A stretch of 64,000 nt of DNA from an uncultured Candidatus Saccharibacteria bacterium (lineage in GTDB: Bacteria; Patescibacteriota; Minisyncoccia; Phycocordibacterales; UBA9973): contig CAYOLW010000005.1 of assembly GCA_964404925.1 (NCBI GenBank), positions 5,458 to 69,457 of the forward strand, written 5' to 3'. Positions within the stretch are counted from its first letter, which is position 1. Each line of letters starts with the position of its first letter. Shown here piece after piece: positions 56,270 to 64,000 of this stretch. Position numbers and translations under genes: made by a program. The notes under the pieces were generated by a model. It ran no database searches. It was not told the origin of the DNA and worked only from the letters and a program-made list of their open reading frames with translations.

Positions 56270-57694
56270 TTAAGTAGGTAAATTTGTTGGAGGTGAAGCT
56301 TCTTTGCTTTCTACTCGCTCGAGAGTAGGAACCTTAAGTATTTGACCTGGGAAGTGCCACAATGTCGCCAGCTCTTCAACGTTTAATACATAAGTGTGCG
56401 AGTGCATATAGGCCGGGAAAAGCATTGGCGATATAGGCCAAGGAATATTATGTAGCAATTGGTTGCGAAGTGGATGGTGGAAGAAAGCTCTTTCTCGATA
56501 TTCAAGCAACATACGGTTTACTAAAATCATTGTCTTTTTTGGTGATAGCAAAAAGAAACTACTTAGGAAACTGCCACCAAAAGCATCAGCCTGCGTAGAA
56601 TTAGTACGCTCAAGACTATTAAGCTGAGGGTTAGCATATTGTCTAAAAATCAAACGTATATCACGACGATGGTTCATGGACCAATTTTCTTTTTTGGCTA
56701 CATAAAAAGCGCGGATACCAGTATCAAATGCAATTTTAGATATTTTTCTATTAATACCGTCTATTTGGTTTTTCATCGAATCCGGTGGACGACCAGATTT
56801 AAGTATTCTACCGTCAGGCAATACTTCTTTTTTAGTCCAAACCTCTGTCATCCTCTCTAGCTCGAGTTCTGCTTCCTTGACCCAATCGTGTCCAGTTTCT
56901 CCAGGCCAAATTGGCTCCATTGGGTGACCGTGCCCATGCTCTTCAAATTCAACCTTGGAAGGCCTAATAACGAACTGCAACCAATATTGCTCCCCAGTGC
57001 CTAAACTACTGAATAGTTCAATCACGGGTGAAAGAGGGTCTATCTTTTGCTCTTCTTTTGGATCTTTGTCTAATCCGTAATCAACATATGTTTTGATAGG
57101 ATAAGCGTGGTGTTTTGCTAATTTAAATTCACAACCCCAACCTCGCCAAGCGCTTTCAGGGGTTATCTCATCAACAGCTAAAGTATAATCCTCTGCAACT
57201 TTAATTTGCGCCTGAGGGTATTGAGCGTATATTTGTGTTTCGATTAAATCCTTAAGTCTGGTTGGTGTGCGAATATAGAAATGAACCTGCCCTTCGATGG
57301 ACACAATTTCAAGTGAATACCAAAACCACACAGCACCTTGCCAGAACCATTCAAGTCCACCCTTGTTACTAAAATGATATAAAGCGTTGGTAAAGAAAAG
57401 CTCCATAGCTCGAGGTGAACGCAAAACATCGCGCGGAGGAATTACTTCCAGTAATACATAATCGATGCCAGTTATAAAATCTTGCTGAATGTAGTGCATC
57501 CATAGCTTAAAGGCAACACGTAGTAATATATAAAAAGCTATAACCTGCAGCATTAACTCCTGATCAATAAAATACAAAACAACTACAAAAATAATCATCA
57601 GTATTACTGATTTGTTTTCACTAAAAAAATGCGCTAAGTCACCCAAAAAATCGGTTAGCGCATTTCCAGACTCATCATGACCTGCATCACTCAT
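56270..57694 (-). CDS. hypothetical membrane-anchored protein (474 aa)
   Basis: Two N-terminal TM helices; no recognisable motif. Confidence 0.3.
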   Translation of the reverse strand: MSDAGHDESGNALTDFLGDLAHFFSENKSVILMIIFVVVLYFIDQELMLQVIAFYILLRVAFKLWMHYIQQDFITGIDYVLLEVIPPRDVLRSPRAMELFFTNALYHFSNKGGLEWFWQGAVWFWYSLEIVSIEGQVHFYIRTPTRLKDLIETQIYAQYPQAQIKVAEDYTLAVDEITPESAWRGWGCEFKLAKHHAYPIKTYVDYGLDKDPKEEQKIDPLSPVIELFSSLGTGEQYWLQFVIRPSKVEFEEHGHGHPMEPIWPGETGHDWVKEAELELERMTEVWTKKEVLPDGRILKSGRPPDSMKNQIDGINRKISKIAFDTGIRAFYVAKKENWSMNHRRDIRLIFRQYANPQLNSLERTNSTQADAFGGSFLSSFFLLSPKKTMILVNRMLLEYRERAFFHHPLRNQLLHNIPWPISPMLFPAYMHSHTYVLNVEELATLWHFPGQILKVPTLERVESKEASPPTNLPT

Positions 57695-57736
57695 GCAGGT
57701 ATTTTATTATAAAAAGAATTTAAAAGGAAGCGATAT

Positions 57737-58768
57737 TTAAGCAACTGTATAAAAACCTTTTTTATCTTTCTTGAAATATTTAGTATTTAGTAGGTTTACT
57801 AAGATAGTGTTCTTCTTGAAATATCTTTCTTTCATCACCTTGTCTACAACTTGGTCTTTGGTCATAGGACCTTCTTTCTCTAAAATATCTCGTATAACAT
57901 CTCGGGCAATACCAGTCTTGTATCCCCATTCTGACAAGGCATATAATCCTCGGCCAACTAATACGAATCGATTGTCTTTGATAAGTTCGTTGTGTACAGT
58001 AGCAAAATGCGTCTTGCGTCCAAACGTTTTTATAATAGAATCTGTAACTTCTTTAAAGTGCATAGGAGAACCATGCTTGCGCATAACCAAAAAAGCGTAG
58101 TCTTTCACACCACGAGTTTTTACATTCTGTGATTCTGACTTACCCCATTCACCAAGAGGATTCTTGCCAATAGATTTAGATAGAGATAACCATCGTTTTG
58201 CAATTTCGTCGTTCTTGTAATCCTCTGCAACGTTCTTCATGTGGTCAAAGAATTTTTTGATCATTTCTGTTTCAGGAACAAGATCTGAGTCATTGAGGCT
58301 GGAGTATAATTTATGCAATGCGGTGTGTACTTCTTCGGCTAGTTCATCGTCTACACTCCATCTGGTTTTAAAGTGGTTATTCTCGCGGTGCTTTTTGAAA
58401 TAATCTGAAAGAGTTAAATGAAAATGAATATGGTTTTGTGTTAGTTCATCTTTAGCTAGGTGTGCAAGTAATTCTGCCTCAACAACAACAGAACCCATAG
58501 ATTTAATTACACCTCTTAGGTCCTCAAAAAAAGATTGCTCCGTTTTGAAAGCCGGAGATTTCTTAATCAAAGATAAGGCTGCTTCTTCAATCTGACGCAC
58601 GCGCTCGCGAGTAATCTTGTATTTCTGACCAATTTCTTCTAGTGTCTTGCGTTCTACATCTTCTGGATTGAGTCCAAAACGATTCATAATAACATCAAGA
58701 GGTCGTTCACCTAGATGAGAGGTTATTTTTTTTGTAATTTGCTTCGGCTTAAAATTTTTGGTTGTCAT
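57737..58768 (-). CDS. protein with N-terminal sigma-70 region-4-like HTH and C-terminal domain of unknown function
   Basis: LDVIMNRFGLNPEDVERKTLEEIGQKYKITRERVRQIEEAALSLI resembles sigma70_r4; the remainder is unassignable. Confidence 0.4.
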   Translation of the reverse strand: MTTKNFKPKQITKKITSHLGERPLDVIMNRFGLNPEDVERKTLEEIGQKYKITRERVRQIEEAALSLIKKSPAFKTEQSFFEDLRGVIKSMGSVVVEAELLAHLAKDELTQNHIHFHLTLSDYFKKHRENNHFKTRWSVDDELAEEVHTALHKLYSSLNDSDLVPETEMIKKFFDHMKNVAEDYKNDEIAKRWLSLSKSIGKNPLGEWGKSESQNVKTRGVKDYAFLVMRKHGSPMHFKEVTDSIIKTFGRKTHFATVHNELIKDNRFVLVGRGLYALSEWGYKTGIARDVIRDILEKEGPMTKDQVVDKVMKERYFKKNTILVNLLNTKYFKKDKKGFYTVA

Positions 58769-58821
58769 TGTTGATGTTATTGTAACAATAAAATGTAAAA
58801 TGTCAGGGCTTATTAATATTT

Positions 58822-60633
58822 TTACTTTGCGCCCTGTCTCTGAGAACGTACTCGGTCAAGCTCGGTCAAAAACTTTTTACGTAATCTGATCGAATTTGGT
58901 GTAATTTCTAGGTATTCGTCTTCCCCCATTACTTCAAGACCTCTTTCAATACTCAGCGCAAATGGAGGTTTCAACACTATTGCATCATCAGTACCAGAGG
59001 CTCGCATGTTGGTAAGCTGTTTACCTTTAATTGGGTTTACAGACATTTCTTCGCCTTTTAAGACGTTACCAATAACCATACCTTCGAAAACTTCAGTACC
59101 GTGATCTATATATAATATACCACGTTCTTGCAAATTGGCAAGGGCAAAGGCCACGGCTTTACCAGCTATCATTGATGTCATTGAGCCGTATTCACGCTTT
59201 TTGATCTCACCAGCATACTCTTTGAAGGCAGTAAACCTGGAAGACATGATTCCCTCACCCTTAGTGTCGATAATAAACTCACCTCGATAACCCAAAAGCC
59301 CCCGAGTTGGTATTTCGAAAATAACACGGACAACACCGTCCTTTTCTATCATAGATTTCATTATTCCTTTTCTCTTGCCTATTTTTTCAATCACAGCTCC
59401 AGAGGATTCAACTGGTACGTCAACAACTAGTTCTTCGTATGGTTCGAGTTTTGTACCGTTTTCTACCTTCACGATAACTTCCGGTTGGGAAACTTGCATT
59501 TCATAACCTTCGCGACGCATGTTTTCAAGAAGTACCGCTAGGTGTAATTCACCGCGACCGTATATCTTGAAAAAGCTTGGACCAAAATTGCTACCCTGCT
59601 CCGGAGAGAAATCCACCCGTAGACCTACGTTCATTTCTAGTTCTTTTTCGAGGCGTTCTTTGAGCTGACGAGATGTAACGAATTTACCTTCACGTCCTGC
59701 AAACGGAGAGTCATTCACTAAAAAATTAAGGGAAAGGGTTGGTTCATCGATAGCGATGTGTGGTAATGCGGGCACAGAATCATCTTCACAGATAGTCTCA
59801 CCGATAAAAATATCTGGTATACCAGCAAAAAGTACAATATCACCAGAGTCAGCAGTTTGTGTTTCTACTCTGTTCAACCCTTCGAAACTAAAAAGTTTAG
59901 AAATTTTACCCGTTCTTTTTTTATCATCGTTCTTCACTATTACTTGTTTAGCAGTATTTATCTGTCCGCCATATACTCGAGCGATAGCCAAACGGCCCAA
60001 GAAATTATCATAACCCAAATTAAAAACTTGAGCAGACATTTTTTCTGAATCATGAGTAGAGGCAACTGGGACTTTTTCTAGAATTAAATCAAGGAGTGGA
60101 GATAGATCTTTTGAATCATCGCCGATTTTGCGGAAAGCTTTACCTTCGCGACCTATTGCATAGATAGTTTCAAAATCAATTTGTTCATTGTTCGCTCCAA
60201 GTTCCAAGAAAAGCTCAAGCACCTCCTCGTGCACACGGTCCGGGTCAGCTGCTGGTTTATCAATTTTGTTAATAACAACGATAGGTTTTAAACCAAGCTC
60301 GAGAGATTTCTTGAGCACGAACCTTGTCTGCGGCATTGGACCTTCAACAGCGTCCACGAGCAGCAACACAGAATCAATAGCGCGAAGTACGCGTTCTACC
60401 TCTGATCCGAAGTCCGCGTGACCTGGTGTGTCCACGATATTGATCTTGGTATCCTTGTATCGGATAGAAGTGTTCTTAGAATAAATGGTAATACCACGCT
60501 CTTTTTCTATAGCGTTTGAGTCCATTGAGAAGTTTAAATCTTTGACTGCCCCGTTCTGCTGCATTAATGCATCGGTTAGGGTTGTCTTGCCGTGGTCCAC
60601 GTGAGCGATAATAGCTATGTTGCGAATTTCCAT
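58822..60633 (-). CDS. typA: translational GTPase TypA/BipA
   Basis: IAIIAHVDHGKTTL; EF-G-like domain order; about 600 aa. Confidence 0.9.
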   Translation of the reverse strand: MEIRNIAIIAHVDHGKTTLTDALMQQNGAVKDLNFSMDSNAIEKERGITIYSKNTSIRYKDTKINIVDTPGHADFGSEVERVLRAIDSVLLLVDAVEGPMPQTRFVLKKSLELGLKPIVVINKIDKPAADPDRVHEEVLELFLELGANNEQIDFETIYAIGREGKAFRKIGDDSKDLSPLLDLILEKVPVASTHDSEKMSAQVFNLGYDNFLGRLAIARVYGGQINTAKQVIVKNDDKKRTGKISKLFSFEGLNRVETQTADSGDIVLFAGIPDIFIGETICEDDSVPALPHIAIDEPTLSLNFLVNDSPFAGREGKFVTSRQLKERLEKELEMNVGLRVDFSPEQGSNFGPSFFKIYGRGELHLAVLLENMRREGYEMQVSQPEVIVKVENGTKLEPYEELVVDVPVESSGAVIEKIGKRKGIMKSMIEKDGVVRVIFEIPTRGLLGYRGEFIIDTKGEGIMSSRFTAFKEYAGEIKKREYGSMTSMIAGKAVAFALANLQERGILYIDHGTEVFEGMVIGNVLKGEEMSVNPIKGKQLTNMRASGTDDAIVLKPPFALSIERGLEVMGEDEYLEITPNSIRLRKKFLTELDRVRSQRQGAK

Positions 60634-60791
60634 GAAAATATTGGTGAATTAATAATTTAAGTTAAACAAAAAGAGCCCACAGGCTCGAATTCATTGCATT
60701 TATAATAGCACACATTTTAAAAATATACAAATACACCTTTATTACCCAGGATTACCCTATGCAGACCCTAAGGGGTTAGAAAGATAAGGCC

Positions 60792-60820
60792 TTGAAATAT
60801 AAAGGTCTTTCCTGTATAAT
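60792..60820 (+). promoter_or_regulatory. strong promoter TTGAAA-17-TATAAT (TG-extended), about 165 nt upstream of the ATG at 60986
   Basis: TTGAAA 60792-60797; TGTATAAT 60813-60820. Confidence 0.5.
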
Positions 60821-60985
60821 ACTCTATTGAATTTTCAAAAAATTCGTTCTTTGACACTCATTCCCAGGCTCAGGCCTCGGGATAAAAATATTTTCGAGTT
60901 ATCTAATAACCCGAAAAAAGTAAACTTTCACCCGCCCTTCCGCCTTCGGAATGGGTATTTCATCATTCATCAAAAATTTTTAAAG

Positions 60986-61552
60986 ATGAAAAAAATCATC
61001 ATTCTCGTAACATCATTTCTTTTTACATTCACCTCATGGTCTCAAAAAACCGACAGCTTAAAAGTCTATGAGTCAAAAAGAGAAGTGGTTTTTAGTTCGT
61101 CGCTATTTACCGAACAGTACAGAACTAAGAACCAATTCTCGACTGATAGTGTAAATTCTTTTGGGTTCGAGGAACGTATGCGACTAAACAGGCGTAAAAT
61201 TAATTCTCTATTTATTTTTCTTGAAATAAAGTATGAGGTTCAAAAATCAGAAGATTTTGCAAACAACGGTCCTTCTAACTTTTTTCACGAAGAAGGTGTC
61301 CAATTTGGTGGTGGATTTGGAAGTAATTTTAAGTTTTTTTCAATCGGTAAAAAAATACACTTTGGAATGGGCCTCGACACAAAATTAGATATTATTAGAT
61401 CTACTGAGTATGGAATTGTAGCAATTACAATGGAGCCGTTCTTGGAACTTTCCTATCATGAGAAATGCTCTTTGGAGGCAGGTCTTAGATTGGACCCTTA
61501 TTTGGCAACATTGAATTGCCCAAGCGTTAGGTTTACGTACCTATTTTTTTAA
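60986..61552 (+). CDS. secreted hypothetical protein (signal peptide MKKIIILVTSFLFTFTSWSQ)
   Basis: In-frame internal ATG preceded by the promoter and long leader; the upstream part of the track's ORF (60827-60985) is probably 5' UTR. Confidence 0.4.
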   Translation: MKKIIILVTSFLFTFTSWSQKTDSLKVYESKREVVFSSSLFTEQYRTKNQFSTDSVNSFGFEERMRLNRRKINSLFIFLEIKYEVQKSEDFANNGPSNFFHEEGVQFGGGFGSNFKFFSIGKKIHFGMGLDTKLDIIRSTEYGIVAITMEPFLELSYHEKCSLEAGLRLDPYLATLNCPSVRFTYLFF

Positions 61553-61570
61553 AGATTAAATAAACACACT

Positions 61571-61610
61571 TTGCTGGGTCGTGCATGCAGTTGCGCGACC
61601 CGGCTTTTTT
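61571..61610 (+). terminator. rho-independent terminator GGGTCG...CGACCCGGCTTTTTT
   Basis: G/C stem followed by T6. Confidence 0.6.
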
Positions 61611-61677
61611 ATTTGACAGAAAGCAAAAATAATGTGAATATCAAAATTAGATTTCAAAAACAAAAAAGCTCTTTACC

Positions 61678-62010
61678 ATGAAAAGAATACTCACCCTGCT
61701 GGCATTTTTATGCTGGCAAACTGCGCACGCACAGGAAAGGTCTTGGCTATTGCAAGCCACTACATTTTCAACTCTTAATGATGGGTATATCATCGAACCC
61801 GAGATTACTTTTGTTTTAGAAGACGAGTTTTCTTTTCATGAATTCTCAATCAATTCCTCTGGAAGTTTTTGCACATTGAATGGAATCGTAGCGGGAAACA
61901 ACTACCCGTATATTTATTTATCATACAATCCTTTCAATTCAACTTCCTATTCAAGTATGGGGGTTTCGCGTGATGTAAATTTGGGGAAGAAAATTGGCGC
62001 AACAGCCTAA
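61678..62010 (+). CDS. small secreted hypothetical protein (signal peptide MKRILTLLAFLCWQTAHAQ)
   Basis: ORF plus signal peptide. Confidence 0.4.
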   Translation: MKRILTLLAFLCWQTAHAQERSWLLQATTFSTLNDGYIIEPEITFVLEDEFSFHEFSINSSGSFCTLNGIVAGNNYPYIYLSYNPFNSTSYSSMGVSRDVNLGKKIGATA

Positions 62011-62033
62011 GCGCGCGAAGGTGTATTTTTTAT

Positions 62034-63167
62034 TTACACTGATTTTGCTACAGCTTGGGCGAGGCCTTTGTCGAACATGGTTGGCAATATCTTTTCAGTG
62101 GTTGGCTTTTTCACAAATTTGGCTATAGCTTCTGCTGCACGGATAAATACAGATTCACTAAATTGTTTTTTCTTATCGATTATTCCACGGAAAAGGCCTG
62201 GGAACCCCAGAGAGTTATTTACTTGGTTTGGAAAGTCTGACCGCCCGGTGGCTATGATGAATACTCCTGCCTTTTTTGCTACATCTGGCAATACTTCTGG
62301 TACTGGGTTTGCAAGGGCGAAAATTATCGGACGCTCGGCCATGCTTTTAATCATTTCAGCGTTTAGCATGTTGGCCTTGGAAAGGCCGATAAATATGTGC
62401 GAACCTTTTAATACCTCTCTCAATTCCCCTTTTTTATTTTCTTTATTTGTTTTCTCAGCCAGTATTTTTTTATATTCATTTAAATCTCCTCGATCTTTAC
62501 ATATCGCACCTTTGGTGTCACACACGATAATATTTTTAAATCCATAAGCAAGTAGCAAATTCGCCACAGCTATTCCAGCGGACCCAGCACCGTTTATGAC
62601 TACGCGGGCATCATCTTTCTTTAGTTTCCTTAATTTAAGTGCATTTATGAGCCCTGCGAGTACCACAGTAGCTGTACCGTGCTGATCATCATGCATAACA
62701 GGAATGTCGAGTTCTTGGCGCAGTCTATCCTCTATTTCAAAGCATCTCGGTGCAGATATATCCTCAAGGTTTATTCCGCCGAAAACTGGAGAAATGTTTT
62801 TCACCGTCTTAATTATCTCTTCAGTGTCTTGGGTATCAAGGCATATGGGGAATGCATCCAAGTTACCGAACTTTTTAAAAATCGCTGCCTTGCCTTCCAT
62901 TACAGGTATAGCACCATAAGCACCTAAATTACCTAGCCCCAGCACCGCTGAGCCATCAGAGATTATTGCTACTGTATTTTTCTTGAGAGTGTACAGATGA
63001 GCATTCTTTTTGTCTTTCGCAACTTCAAGTGACACACCAGCCACGCCAGGAGTATATGCTAGAGATAAATCTTCTTTATTATTTAATTTAACCTTCGGTG
63101 CAAGCTCAATTTTACCTCCATGTTTTTTGTGTAATGCTAAAGATTTTTTGTAGAAATTATTTTGCAT
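62034..63167 (-). CDS. maeB: NAD(P)-dependent malic enzyme (small MaeB-type, no PTA domain)
   Basis: YTPGVAGVSLEVAKD...; Rossmann GAGSAGIAVANLL; 377 aa. Confidence 0.8.
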   Translation of the reverse strand: MQNNFYKKSLALHKKHGGKIELAPKVKLNNKEDLSLAYTPGVAGVSLEVAKDKKNAHLYTLKKNTVAIISDGSAVLGLGNLGAYGAIPVMEGKAAIFKKFGNLDAFPICLDTQDTEEIIKTVKNISPVFGGINLEDISAPRCFEIEDRLRQELDIPVMHDDQHGTATVVLAGLINALKLRKLKKDDARVVINGAGSAGIAVANLLLAYGFKNIIVCDTKGAICKDRGDLNEYKKILAEKTNKENKKGELREVLKGSHIFIGLSKANMLNAEMIKSMAERPIIFALANPVPEVLPDVAKKAGVFIIATGRSDFPNQVNNSLGFPGLFRGIIDKKKQFSESVFIRAAEAIAKFVKKPTTEKILPTMFDKGLAQAVAKSV

Positions 63168-63174
63168 GTTGGTC

Positions 63175-63205
63175 AGTATAACATAAAAAATCTGAGCTTT
63201 TACTC
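63175..63205. terminator. bidirectional terminator hairpin AAAAAATCTGAGC-TTTTA-CTCAGATTTTTT
   Basis: 7-bp stem flanked by A6/T6. Confidence 0.6.
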
Positions 63206-63229
63206 AGATTTTTTACTAAAGTGGTGTCT

Positions 63230-63600
63230 CTATTGTACCAAGCTCGAACGATTTTTCAAAACAAATAGCTTATCGCACATCCGTGCGCTAAAGCGCCTCT
63301 GTGCGAAGCACAGAGCTTTTCCAAAGGAAAAGGACGGAATGTGCGAATACAAATGCGGACTCGGTTTTGCGAAACTATTTTCTGGGGAAAGGATTCGCAA
63401 AACCGAGACTAATCTTTTTGAAATTCGGCGGGGATTTTGGATTTCGCCCGCGCGGAGGAGGGGTCTGGGGAGGAATCCGCGCGGGCTCGCTTTTGGATTT
63501 TTTGGCGGGGCGGGCATTAAGAAAGAAAATACAGAATATTGAAATCTCGGCAAAGCCGAGATACAACATTTAGTATTGTGCTTGACCCACCCTCCCGTTC
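63230..63600. ncRNA. GC-rich, highly structured non-coding island (candidate structured RNA or cis-regulatory leader; class unassigned)
   Basis: Local GC well above the window average. Perfect hairpins: GCGCAC-ATCC-GTGCGC, CTCTGTGC-GAA-GCACAGAG, CTCGGTTTTGCGAA-N20-TTCGCAAAACCGAG (14 bp), CCGCGCGG-N22-CCGCGCGG, ATCTCGG-CAAAG-CCGAGAT. Only overlapping ORFs on both strands. Confidence 0.3.
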
Positions 63601-63618
63601 GCGCACAAAAATTGCTCC

Positions 63619-63963
63619 CTATTTTTTAGAATAATGTTTATCAAACTCTTTAAAAATTTTAGGGGTATAAAAATCTTGTTTAGAACTCTTTGGATTTTTA
63701 GGATTTAGTTTTCTTGTCATAGAGAAATTTTTGGTCATCAACCCTCTACGAATTTTATGATATTTTTGATTCGATCTAAAATCAGAATATCTTTTCTTTA
63801 GTTCGTCTGTTAGGGAATTATAATCTAAAGAAAATTCTTTCAAAAGTTCGTCTTCATTAATTCGCATTGCAGGAGCGTTTGGGTCATCAGTTATTCTTAT
63901 ATTTGTTTCTGTAAAATTTTTATTCTTACCGATAATCGAAACAGGTCTGACTTCACCAATCAA
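63619..63963 (-). CDS. hypothetical basic protein
   Basis: ORF only. Confidence 0.3.
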   Translation of the reverse strand: MIGEVRPVSIIGKNKNFTETNIRITDDPNAPAMRINEDELLKEFSLDYNSLTDELKKRYSDFRSNQKYHKIRRGLMTKNFSMTRKLNPKNPKSSKQDFYTPKIFKEFDKHYSKK

Positions 63964-64000
63964 TTTAAGAACGGGTCGCCCTTTTTCTTTAAAACTTCCT

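Noticed and set aside
63162-63573. Four mutually overlapping ORFs (64-126 aa) on both strands in the GC-rich island
   Set aside because: Overlapping frames on both strands with Arg/Gly-rich translations are characteristic of GC-rich non-coding or structured-RNA sequence, not proteins.
63230-63600. RNase P RNA identity for the structured island
   Set aside because: AGGAATCCGCGCGGGCTC superficially resembles the P4 strand AGGAAAGUCCGGGCUC but has a 3-nt insertion, and no matching 3' P4 strand (ACAGAARCCGGCUUA) was found; left as unclassified.

Overview
AT-rich, gene-dense bacterial window. It looks like a small-genome Patescibacteria/CPR-type organism, inferred from compact genes, shortened AlaRS, secreted nuclease/peptidases and absent biosynthetic context. 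The housekeeping core is: dprA, topA, rel/spoT, parB, miaA, alr plus a tandem-fused double ddl, the grpE/dnaK/dnaJ chaperones (dispersed), typA, alaS, mnmA, mltG, and a conserved ribosomal block infA-rpmJ-rpsM-rpsK-rpsD-rpoA-rplQ-rplM-rpsI (minus strand). There are two tRNAs, Leu-CAA and Trp-CCA, and rpmG/rpmJ were missed by the ORF track. Several unusual loci stand out. (1) Downstream of tRNA-Trp, five direct repeats that each carry the 3'-terminal ~10 nt of tRNA-Trp separate four tiny gene modules; this fits serial integration or an integron-like cassette array. A 120-bp orphan fragment of one cassette gene lies 4 kb away. (2) A two-gene NOX-like ferric reductase plus cytochrome-b5 module. 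(3) A contiguous polyamine block (agmatinase, carboxynorspermidine dehydrogenase and decarboxylase) placed next to lysC and asd, which would supply aspartate semialdehyde. (4) Two paralogous HerA/TraD-like P-loop ATPases bracket a 565-aa multi-zinc-ribbon protein; one ATPase carries a zinc-ribbon plus Pro/Glu-rich tail, and a HEPN/TfoX/ArsR/NTF2 cluster sits nearby. (5) A GC-rich, strongly structured ~400-bp non-coding island at the 3' end of the window. Many promoters put a -10 box only 6-10 nt from the ATG with no Shine-Dalgarno sequence, implying leaderless mRNAs.
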